Source of the DNA: Pseudomonadales bacterium
GTDB taxonomy: Bacteria > Pseudomonadota > Gammaproteobacteria > Pseudomonadales > JANQJO01
Direction: 5' to 3'
Assembly (NCBI GenBank): GCA_028281605.1
Contig: JANQJO010000079.1
Location: 39,256-103,255, forward strand
Length of the DNA stretch: 64,000 nt
A program made the position numbers and the translations under genes. Shown in pieces: positions 30,080-38,435 of this stretch (position 1 is the stretch's first letter; each line of letters opens with the position of its first letter). The notes under the pieces were generated by a model. The model was not told where the DNA came from, did not search any database, and saw only the letters and a list, made by a program, of their open reading frames with translations.

Positions 30080-31213
30080 CTAATTTTTGCTAATTTTCAC
30101 GCTATGATGGTCAATATTGAGATAGTACCGTGTGTGTTTACGCTCTCCTGTTTTGGTCAGAGCACCAATCTCAACAAGCTTTTGCAAATCCCTGGTGGCA
30201 GTGGCTCTAGCTGCACCTGAAATTGAAATATAGTTTTCTGCGCTTAAGCCACCTTTAAATCCGTCAATGCCCGCATCAAACAATCTCCCGATAACTTTGG
30301 CTTGTCGTTCATTAAACTTATCTTCGTGCCGACCATAGAATTTGCTTTTTTCAATCAAGAAGTCGATCATGCTTTGCGTATAATCCTGCGCACTCAGCGT
30401 AGCCAAGCAAAAATATTCAAGCCAGTCCTGAATATCCAGTTCCCTACTCACATTATGTAAGGCTGTATAATACTCTTTTTTCGTACGTTCAATGCTCTGC
30501 GCTAGTGCAATCAGCGTTGGACCTTTCAAGCCCTGGGACAAAGCTTTTTCAGCAATGGCACGCCCTATCCGCCCATTACCGTCTTCAAATGGATGAATAC
30601 TTTCAAAATAAATATGAGCAATGCCAGCTTGCAGTAATATGGGCATACCGACCACATCCTGATTTTGGTTGTCATGATTAAACCACTGCATAAACGCATC
30701 CATTTCCTTGGAAACCGCTTGGGAAGGCGGCGCTTCAAAATGAACTTTGGGCTTATGAACAGGGCCGGATACAATTTGCATGGGTTCTTCGTGCGTGCGA
30801 TAACATCCAATCTCATGCAAATCACGCCGACCATTGGTCAGCATTTTATGCCAGTCAAACACCATCTCATGTGTTAAAGGGGCATTATAGGTCTGATACA
30901 GATTAACAACCATTTCAGCAATCCCCTGTTCCGCCGGTGGAACGCGCCTGTTATCATTTTTCAGACCAAAATGCTTGCGAATTGACGATTGCAGGGAATC
31001 ACGATTGAGGATTTCGCCTTCGATCTTCGAGGTTTTATAGGCCTCTTCACTGATGAGTGTAACGCGAAGACTTTCCTTGTCATCATCGGCAATATGTTTG
31101 AGACTACCGTGCATGATGCCAGCTTTGTGCAAAAACCGGCTTTCATAGTCTGAAAGCGCGGATGCATCGTAAGTAAATTCAGGCCAATTTTTATGTTGCC
31201 AATTCCAAATCAT
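30080..31213 (-). CDS. Fic family protein with DUF4172-type N-terminus and C-terminal winged-helix domain
   Basis: MIWNWQHKNWPEFTY (DUF4172-like), the Fic motif HPFEDGNGRIGR, and a C-terminal wHTH-like ATATRDLQKLVEIGALTKTGERKHTRYYL. Confidence 0.85.
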   Translation of the reverse strand: MIWNWQHKNWPEFTYDASALSDYESRFLHKAGIMHGSLKHIADDDKESLRVTLISEEAYKTSKIEGEILNRDSLQSSIRKHFGLKNDNRRVPPAEQGIAEMVVNLYQTYNAPLTHEMVFDWHKMLTNGRRDLHEIGCYRTHEEPMQIVSGPVHKPKVHFEAPPSQAVSKEMDAFMQWFNHDNQNQDVVGMPILLQAGIAHIYFESIHPFEDGNGRIGRAIAEKALSQGLKGPTLIALAQSIERTKKEYYTALHNVSRELDIQDWLEYFCLATLSAQDYTQSMIDFLIEKSKFYGRHEDKFNERQAKVIGRLFDAGIDGFKGGLSAENYISISGAARATATRDLQKLVEIGALTKTGERKHTRYYLNIDHHSVKISKN

Positions 31214-31231
31214 GAGCTATAGCACCTCTCA

Positions 31232-31267
31232 TTATAACTCACTATAGCATTTAATTATGAGTTATAA
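31232..31267. promoter_or_regulatory. 10-bp perfect inverted repeat TTATAACTCA-N16-TGAGTTATAA upstream of fic, with three CTATAGC copies nearby
   Basis: Arms at 31232-31241 and 31258-31267 are exact reverse complements and lie 19-54 nt upstream of the fic ATG (31213). The arm coordinates give a 16-nt spacer. Confidence 0.4.
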
Positions 31268-31638
31268 AACCGGCTTCTATAGCTCAGAATAAGATAATTC
31301 AATCAGGGAATCAAAGACAATCAATTGAAAAGTATAAGATTTTGTCAGCAATTTCCAGAACAAAAATTGCATTCTCCAGAGCGAATACAGTTCAAATACT
31401 AACCACCACTAATGCCATGATAAATCGTTCAGAATTTAGTATCTTACTACTAATTCTAGTGGGAGCGGCTGACACATTAGACTCAATTTTGCAAATTGGT
31501 ATAACAAGCTGTTAGTATTGAAGATCGAGTTCATGAATAATTTTGTTTGTTTTTTTATTCTTTTGGGTGTGTTGTCAGGCAGAGTGGTTCGAATATATGG
31601 GCGTAAGATGTGACTGAAAAGATTTTGTTCACTGTTTT

Positions 31639-32193
31639 ATGAATATTAACTTTTTCAGGGTCTGTTTTTTGATCTTTAGTTTCCTATTTTTCAGTTTGAT
31701 CACTACATCATCGTTACTGCAAGCGACGCCATCTTTTGTCAATCATCCGTTGGATCATCAAAGTCTATATCGTGTATTATCACTGGGTAGTTTGGGCGCA
31801 CCTTTGCCTAAGCTGCCTCAGACAACAGAGTCTCCAATATTGCTACAATTTTGGGCCAGTTGGTGTCATAGTTGCAGCACTGTGATGTGGGATTTAGACA
31901 ATTTAACGCAAGCTCATAAAGAGCTTCATTATTATGCTGTTAGTATTGATAAAGATAAAAAGCAGGCATTCAATTACATCCAGCCTCATGCCTTATTTCA
32001 AAAACACCCAGATCGTTTTTTTTATGATTATGATCAACAGTTGTCAAGTCGTTTTCAGGTTAAAAGTGTTCCAACTTTGTTAGTATTTGGGCGTAAGGGT
32101 TTACTTAAATATAGACATACCGGGCACTTGAATGCAATGGACTTACAACGGTTGAGAATAGCTCTTGAAGATCAGATAAAAAGGCCGAAGTAA
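31639..32193 (+). CDS. TlpA-like thiol:disulfide oxidoreductase (redoxin)
   Basis: Signal or anchor sequence, a WASWCHSC CxxC motif, and VPTLLVF. Confidence 0.8.
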   Translation: MNINFFRVCFLIFSFLFFSLITTSSLLQATPSFVNHPLDHQSLYRVLSLGSLGAPLPKLPQTTESPILLQFWASWCHSCSTVMWDLDNLTQAHKELHYYAVSIDKDKKQAFNYIQPHALFQKHPDRFFYDYDQQLSSRFQVKSVPTLLVFGRKGLLKYRHTGHLNAMDLQRLRIALEDQIKRPK

Positions 32194-32195
32194 CG

Positions 32196-33629
32196 ATGAA
32201 ATACGATTACTATGATTTGCTCTTGTTTCTAGGCGCTGCTGTTAGTATTTTGTTTGCTCCAATTGGTTCTATTGTGCAAGCAGCTCCTACTTATTATGAT
32301 GATATCCGTCCTATCATTGAGCAAAAATGTATAGCTTGTCATTCTGAGCAGGGTGTATCCTTTTCTTTTGAAAATACGCAGGCCACTTATTCTTTTAAAG
32401 CAGCTATTGTTGATGCAATAGTTAATCGACGTATGCCACCATGGTTAGCAGAAGCTGGCCACCAAAATTATGCGGATGATTATTCGTTAACACAGTACCA
32501 AGTGGATGCCGTTGCTAAATGGGCTGAAACTGGTTATCAAAAAGGTCATCAGCAAGCAGTAGCGTTTAATCTGCAAAAGAAAAAGCAAGGACTAACGCAT
32601 GGCTTCAAACCAGATATTCGGTTACCTATTTTGAAACAAGTTTCCTATCTACCCAATCAAAATCGTAAAGATGATTATCGTTGCTTTCTGGTGGATTGGC
32701 CCCAACAAGAAAAATCATATATTACTGGCTTTCAAGCAAAACCGGGTAATTTACGAGTTGCTCATCATTTGGTTATTTTTTTAGTGCAACCTGAAATAGC
32801 AGAGCATTTTAAAAAGCTGGCAGCTGAGGAGACTGGAGAAGGATACTCGTGCTTTGGGGGAGCTATACCAGACCGTTTGGCAATGTCTCCGGCCAAAGAT
32901 TCATTTGAATCTCAGCATCCTGGTCTTTTGGAAAAGTTAAACGAAAACACCCATTGGTTGGCTCATTGGGCGCCAGGGATGGAAGGGTATAAGTTTCCTA
33001 AAGATACAGGTATTCCAGTGCGTCCAGGTGCGCTATTGATTGTGCAAATGCACTATTATTCAGGGTTTGCTCCTGGTGAGCCCGATCGAGATACTGAGAT
33101 GTTATTTCAAGTCAAAGACCAGGTGGCTAAACCTGCGTTGAACGTTGCGCTGACTCATCGGCCTTGGTTGTTGGGTCGGCAAAATGGTAGCATGAGCGTA
33201 CAGGTAGGGCAAAAAGCCCATTATGAAACCAGTGTACAATTTGACAAAGTTGCTCAAGCCCTGTCTCATCGATTAGAGATCCCCCTCGATGAGATTGGAC
33301 AGATAGAGATACATTCAACTAATTTACATATGCATAGCTATGGTGTATCAGGTAGGGTTCGTCTTATTGATCAATATGGTCGTCAAGAGACCTTATTATC
33401 TATTCCTGATTGGAATTTGCATTGGCAGCGTGATTTTACTTTTACGGTTCCAAAAGTGCTATCGGCAAATGCATTTGGGCAAGCGGCTTTGCGTGTAGAG
33501 TGTGATTTTACTAACCCAACTCAGAAAGTCGTATACGGTGGTTTTGGTTCTGACGATGAAATGTGTTTTAATTTTTCTTATTTGTCTATCGTGTCAAAAA
33601 AGCAGTTGCAGGCAGCAAAAAGTAATTGA
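32196..33629 (+). CDS. Copper type II (PHM/DBH-like) monooxygenase-fold protein with N-terminal CxxCH haem-c motif
   Basis: IRPIIEQKCIACH (32328-32342) resembles a Planctomycete-type cytochrome c motif. Candidate Cu ligands are AHHLVIF, IVQMHYY, NLHMHSYG and DDEMCFNFSY. The gene starts 2 nt after the redoxin stop. Confidence 0.65.
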   Translation: MKYDYYDLLLFLGAAVSILFAPIGSIVQAAPTYYDDIRPIIEQKCIACHSEQGVSFSFENTQATYSFKAAIVDAIVNRRMPPWLAEAGHQNYADDYSLTQYQVDAVAKWAETGYQKGHQQAVAFNLQKKKQGLTHGFKPDIRLPILKQVSYLPNQNRKDDYRCFLVDWPQQEKSYITGFQAKPGNLRVAHHLVIFLVQPEIAEHFKKLAAEETGEGYSCFGGAIPDRLAMSPAKDSFESQHPGLLEKLNENTHWLAHWAPGMEGYKFPKDTGIPVRPGALLIVQMHYYSGFAPGEPDRDTEMLFQVKDQVAKPALNVALTHRPWLLGRQNGSMSVQVGQKAHYETSVQFDKVAQALSHRLEIPLDEIGQIEIHSTNLHMHSYGVSGRVRLIDQYGRQETLLSIPDWNLHWQRDFTFTVPKVLSANAFGQAALRVECDFTNPTQKVVYGGFGSDDEMCFNFSYLSIVSKKQLQAAKSN

Positions 33630-33658
33630 ATTGTACTGACTACCATTGAGATGAAATT

Positions 33659-35341
33659 TTGAGAAAGGTCAATCCTACCAAGACAAAAAGTTGGGTCAAG
33701 CTTAAAGAGCATTATCAGTCTATTAGTCAGTTAGCACTGAGAGATTTGTTTGCAAGAGATGCACATCGATTTTCGAATTTTTCTTTGCGATTTAATAATA
33801 TACTTATCGATTATTCAAAAAATTTTTGTGAGCAAAAAACCATTGGCCTGCTTGTGAGTTTGGCTCAGGAAATTGGTTTGGGTGAATTGATTGATGATCT
33901 GTTTCAAGGCCAAAAAATTAACGAAACGGAAGAAAGAGCGGTGTTGCATACGGCTCTGAGAAATAAACGCATTAATAATCAGAATCTGAATGTGATTCAT
34001 CAAGAAATCCAAGTCGTTTTAGAGAGAATGCGTGTTTTTTCTGAGAAAATTCGAAATGGATTCTGGCTTGGTTATTCTAATCAGCCTATAAAAAATATTG
34101 TTAACATAGGAATTGGTGGTTCCGATTTGGGGCCGGCTATGGTTGCTGAGGCTTTAAAATTTTATGCCAGTGATAGGATAAATATTTACTTTATTTCTAA
34201 TGTGGATGGTGAAGTAATAGCAAATACTTTAGATAAGCTGACTCCAGATACAACGCTTTTTATGATTTCTTCAAAAAGTTTTTCTACCGCAGAGACATTA
34301 ATGAACGCGGGTACGGCAAAAAAGTGGTTTTTGCGTGTAGCAAAAAATGAATCTTATGTTTCTAAGCACTTTGTTGCAATGACTTCTAATCAGCAGAAAG
34401 CAATTGAGTTTGGGATAGCGCGAGAAAATATATATCCGTTGTGGGATTTTGTTGGAGGTCGATTCTCGTTGTGGTCAGCTGTTGGTTTGCCGATCGCTTG
34501 TTATCTTGGATTTGAGTATTATGCTCAATTGTTGCAAGGTGCCTTTGAAGCTGACGAGCATTTTAGAACAGCAGCCTTTGATCGAAATATACCTGTCATT
34601 TTAGGGCTGCTTGGCATTTGGTATAACAATTTTTATGGAGCTGAAACAGAAGCTATTTTTCCGTATGATCAAAGCTTGCATAGGTTGCCTGCTTATTTGC
34701 AACAAGCGAGTATGGAAAGTAATGGTAAAAGTGTTGATCGGTCTGGCAACCAAGTTTCCTATCAAACAGGAGCTATTTTATGGGGAGAGCCGGGCACTAA
34801 TGGTCAGCATGCTTTTTTCCAATTGATACATCAAGGTACTAAATTAATACCCTCTACATTTTTGGTGGCAGCAAAGCCAAGATGTGGGGATAGTGTTCAC
34901 CATAAAGCTTTGGTTTCTAATTGTTTTGCACAGACACAAGCTTTGATGAATGGTAGAACAAAAGAAGAAGTGTATGAGCATCTTAAAGTAAGTGGCCTGT
35001 CAAAGGAACGTATTGAAAAAATTCTTCCCTTTAAAGTATTTTCAGGTAATAAGCCTACTACGACTATTTTATATGATCAGCTAACACCTAAATGCCTTGG
35101 TAGTCTTATTGCAATGTTTGAGCATAAAATTTTTGTACAAGGAGCTGTATGGAATATTTTTAGTTTTGATCAGTGGGGGGTTGAGTTGGGCAAACAATTG
35201 GCTGATAACATATTTCAAGAGTTAACCGGGTCTGGAAAGAAAAAGAAAGCGTGTATTGAGGACAAGATAGGGCAAGGCGACCGTTCTTGCTATGATACTT
35301 CAACACAAGGTTTGTTAGCAGCGTATTATCAATATTTATGA
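33659..35341 (+). CDS. pgi: Glucose-6-phosphate isomerase
   Basis: 560 aa with IGIGGSDLGP, ETLMNA, QQASMESNGK and GTNGQHAFFQLIHQG motifs. Apparent TTG start. Confidence 0.95.
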   Translation: MRKVNPTKTKSWVKLKEHYQSISQLALRDLFARDAHRFSNFSLRFNNILIDYSKNFCEQKTIGLLVSLAQEIGLGELIDDLFQGQKINETEERAVLHTALRNKRINNQNLNVIHQEIQVVLERMRVFSEKIRNGFWLGYSNQPIKNIVNIGIGGSDLGPAMVAEALKFYASDRINIYFISNVDGEVIANTLDKLTPDTTLFMISSKSFSTAETLMNAGTAKKWFLRVAKNESYVSKHFVAMTSNQQKAIEFGIARENIYPLWDFVGGRFSLWSAVGLPIACYLGFEYYAQLLQGAFEADEHFRTAAFDRNIPVILGLLGIWYNNFYGAETEAIFPYDQSLHRLPAYLQQASMESNGKSVDRSGNQVSYQTGAILWGEPGTNGQHAFFQLIHQGTKLIPSTFLVAAKPRCGDSVHHKALVSNCFAQTQALMNGRTKEEVYEHLKVSGLSKERIEKILPFKVFSGNKPTTTILYDQLTPKCLGSLIAMFEHKIFVQGAVWNIFSFDQWGVELGKQLADNIFQELTGSGKKKKACIEDKIGQGDRSCYDTSTQGLLAAYYQYL

Positions 35342-35750
35342 TGCTCGCGTATGACTGTTTTGCGAGGAGCAAAGAGGACATTTCATGATCGGGACCATCC
35401 GTGAAATTTGAATATTATAATCAAAAATGGCTCAAGTTAGCCAGTGATATCAACTGGGTTTTGACAAAGCCTACGTGTTGACCCTATATTGTTCATTGTG
35501 CTTTCCTTGACTGGATTAAACTCACTCAATACATCCATCAAAATTTCAAATATCCTAACAGGGCTTCAAAGCCAAGTCGATAACCAACTATAAAAGGTGA
35601 CATACCTCTGAGTCTTATCATCCAATAAACCCATTAACTCTAACGGTTGAAATAAAATTTAAATTCACTAAAATGAGACATCTGACTTTATTATTTAATC
35701 GGTTAAATCATAACAGGGGCTCTTGCCAGAATGCTTTTTCTTTAGAATTT

Positions 35751-35904
35751 GATTCCGTAGTTTTTTGCTTGACAATGAATACCTGCCATTTTATCGGAAA
35801 ACGCATATAAAGCAGCTAAATGTTCCTTAAAAATGCTTTATTTTCGATCGTTTTTACTGAAATTTTAATGGTAAGCCATGTCAAGCAGAAAAAACTACGG
35901 AATC
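35751..35904. repeat. Imperfect inverted repeat of about 24-26 nt flanking about 100 nt, inside a 750-bp non-coding gap
   Basis: Left arm GATTCCGTAGTTTTTTGCTTGACA (35751-35774). The right arm (35879-35904) reverse-complements to GATTCCGTAGTTTTTTCTGCTTGACA, identical except for a 2-nt CT insertion. Confidence 0.6.
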
Positions 35905-36091
35905 GAGTTATTACTAGAAGTTATCGAAAAAAACGAGAGTTTACGACAGGTTCACCTGATTTTTTTTATTCGATATGGATGTCGATTTAGCCAAAGGTGG
36001 TCCAGGATGGGCCATTTTGGCTTAAAAATAAAAAAATCAAGTGAACCTGTTGTAAGCTCTCAAAAAAACAATCTAACAAGTATATTAAAAG

Positions 36092-36856
36092 ATGAATTGC
36101 TATATCAATTTCAAACCCACTGAGAACGCCTTTTCAAAACGAACATATTTAGTCACTGGTGCTAGCCAGGGCATTGGCTATGCCTTAGCTTTAGCCATCG
36201 CTCAATTCGGAGGGGAATTGATTTTATTGGCACGCAATGAAAATAAACTCAACCAGCTTTACGATCAAATCTTAGCAACAGAGGCACCAACGCCTCTGAT
36301 TATTCCGCTTGATCTTGCCAAACTGGATACAGAAGAGGCTGAGACACTCGCCCGACATATCGAAGCACAATGCGGCCAACTCAATGGGTTAATACACAAC
36401 GCAAGCATTCTCGGCAAGCTCACCCCTTTAGATCAGTATCCAATACCACTGTGGGAACAAGTATTGAAAGTCAACACAACCAGTTGCTTCACATTGACAC
36501 AAGCATTGACCCCTTTAATGCAAAAAAGTAAGCCCACGTCCGTCATTTTTAGTTCTTCTTCTGTAGGTAGAGAACCAAGAGCCTATTGGGGCGCCTATAG
36601 CATCAGCAAATGTGCTACTGAAGCCTTAATGCAAATATGGGCAAACGAATGGGCCAACACCAGTCACATTCGAGTGAACTCTATTAACCCTGGTGGCACA
36701 CGAACACAAATGCGAAGACAGGCCTACCCTGCTGAGAATCCTCTATCTTGTCCAAAACCCGAGGCAATCCTAGGTACTTACCTCTATTTACTGGCCGATG
36801 AAAGTGAACACATCTCTGGAAAGCAATTTAGCGCCCAACCTTCACAAAGCAAATAG
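36092..36856 (+). CDS. Short-chain dehydrogenase/reductase (YciK-like)
   Basis: LVTGASQGIG NAD(P) motif and YSISKCATEAL (the YxxxK catalytic motif). Confidence 0.85.
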   Translation: MNCYINFKPTENAFSKRTYLVTGASQGIGYALALAIAQFGGELILLARNENKLNQLYDQILATEAPTPLIIPLDLAKLDTEEAETLARHIEAQCGQLNGLIHNASILGKLTPLDQYPIPLWEQVLKVNTTSCFTLTQALTPLMQKSKPTSVIFSSSSVGREPRAYWGAYSISKCATEALMQIWANEWANTSHIRVNSINPGGTRTQMRRQAYPAENPLSCPKPEAILGTYLYLLADESEHISGKQFSAQPSQSK

Positions 36857-37082
36857 AGATCTAAACCACAGCACTCATTACTTATTGCCTGACGGAAAGA
36901 GTGAGACCTTGCTGTGATGTAGTCATGCAAGATACTATTTTGTTTTCAGCAATCAATTTGTCCCAGAAAATTGTTGTAGTTTAATGTGAATCTGTCGTAA
37001 GCTCTCAAAGAAGATGTAGTGAGTCTAGTGTTAGACAAAAACTATACTTACAAAGAGGCTTGCAAGGCCTAAGCTCTCGTTT

Positions 37083-38435
37083 TCAATCAGGACTCATGTT
37101 GTATTTGTTCATCAGGTTGTATAAAGTTGGGCGAGTGACACCCAGTAGTCTAGCTGCTTCTGCTATGTTGTTTTTACATCCGTTGATCGCCTTTTGTATA
37201 GTATCACGCTCGGCACGTTCTCTGACCTCTCTAAGATTAAATGCCTGTTGAGATTCACTTGTCTCTAAACCCATGTCTTTAGCGGTAATGAGATTTTTGT
37301 CTGCTAAGATAATTGCACGTTTGACTTTGCTTTCAAGCTCTCTTACATTGCCACGCCATGGATGTTGTTCTATAGCTAAAATCGCTTCTTTTGTAAAGCC
37401 CGTTGCTTTTTGTTTGAGCTTGGCTATGTACTTTTCTAAGAAAGTGTGTGCTAAGAGCATGGCATCGCCTTCTCTATCTTTTAGAGCAGGTACTTCTAGG
37501 GTGATTTCTCCAATCCTATAGAATAAATCTTCCCTAAACGTTTCTTCTAGTATCATTGTATTGATGTTACGATGGGTTGCACATAATACACGAACATCAA
37601 CCGCAATGGCTTGATGGCCTCCAATACGTTCAATGACGCGTTCTTGCAAAAATCTTAGTAGTTTGGCTTGCAAAGCCAGGGGCATATCACCTATTTCATC
37701 AAGAAATAAAGTGCCTCCATGAGCAGACTCTACTTTCCCTTTTTTTTGTTTGATCGCTCCAGTAAACGCCCCTTTTTCATAACCAAACAGCTCGCTTTCT
37801 AAAAGATTTTCTGGAATAGCAGCACAATTGATTGCACAAAAAGGTTTATCTTTACGTTCACTTAAGTTGTGTAAAGCTTTTGCAATCAGCTCTTTTCCTG
37901 TTCCGGTTTCACCTGTAATCAGTGCTGTTAAATCAGTGGGTGCTATTTTTTCTATGGTTTTGCACAGCTCTAACATCTTTGGACTGCTGGCAATGATGCC
38001 ACAAAGGCCGGGAGTAGATTGATTTTTATAAAAACGACTTTGATCCTCTAGAGCGAATAAACGAAAAGCTCTTTCAACTATAAATGATAAAATTTCTGAG
38101 TCTATCGGTTTTTGATAAAAATCTTCAGCGCCTAAGCTGATTGCTTTGACGGCATTAGTTTTGTCTTCTTGCCCGGTAATAACAATAATTTTTAAGTTAG
38201 GGTTGAGTTTGAGTAATTCTGATAGCAGTTCAAAGCCCGCACTGCTGCCACCTGGATCTGGTGGTAATCCTAGATCTAAGGTGACCACTTGGGGTTCAAA
38301 GCGTCTTAATTGTTCTAAGGCGCTCTTTTGATCTTGTGCCGTTAAAGCTTCAATGCTTGAATCAAAACACCATTTCATTTGATTTTGTAGGCCAGGATCA
38401 TCTTCGATGATCAGTAGTTTTTTTTCTAAGGTCAT
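37083..38435 (-). CDS. prsR: Sigma-54-dependent response regulator, PEP-CTERM-box type (PrsR)
   Basis: Receiver LLIIEDDPGLQ...VVTLDLGLPPD, AAA+ GETGTGKE, the sigma-54 contact loop EKGAFTGA, and a C-terminal Fis-type HTH. Overlaps prsK by 4 nt. Confidence 0.85.
   Translation of the reverse strand: MTLEKKLLIIEDDPGLQNQMKWCFDSSIEALTAQDQKSALEQLRRFEPQVVTLDLGLPPDPGGSSAGFELLSELLKLNPNLKIIVITGQEDKTNAVKAISLGAEDFYQKPIDSEILSFIVERAFRLFALEDQSRFYKNQSTPGLCGIIASSPKMLELCKTIEKIAPTDLTALITGETGTGKELIAKALHNLSERKDKPFCAINCAAIPENLLESELFGYEKGAFTGAIKQKKGKVESAHGGTLFLDEIGDMPLALQAKLLRFLQERVIERIGGHQAIAVDVRVLCATHRNINTMILEETFREDLFYRIGEITLEVPALKDREGDAMLLAHTFLEKYIAKLKQKATGFTKEAILAIEQHPWRGNVRELESKVKRAIILADKNLITAKDMGLETSESQQAFNLREVRERAERDTIQKAINGCKNNIAEAARLLGVTRPTLYNLMNKYNMSPD

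Noticed and set aside
35878-36123. An 81-aa ORF in the pgi-SDR gap.
   Set aside because: It starts inside the right arm of the inverted repeat and overlaps the SDR start. It has no motif and an odd composition, so it is likely non-coding.
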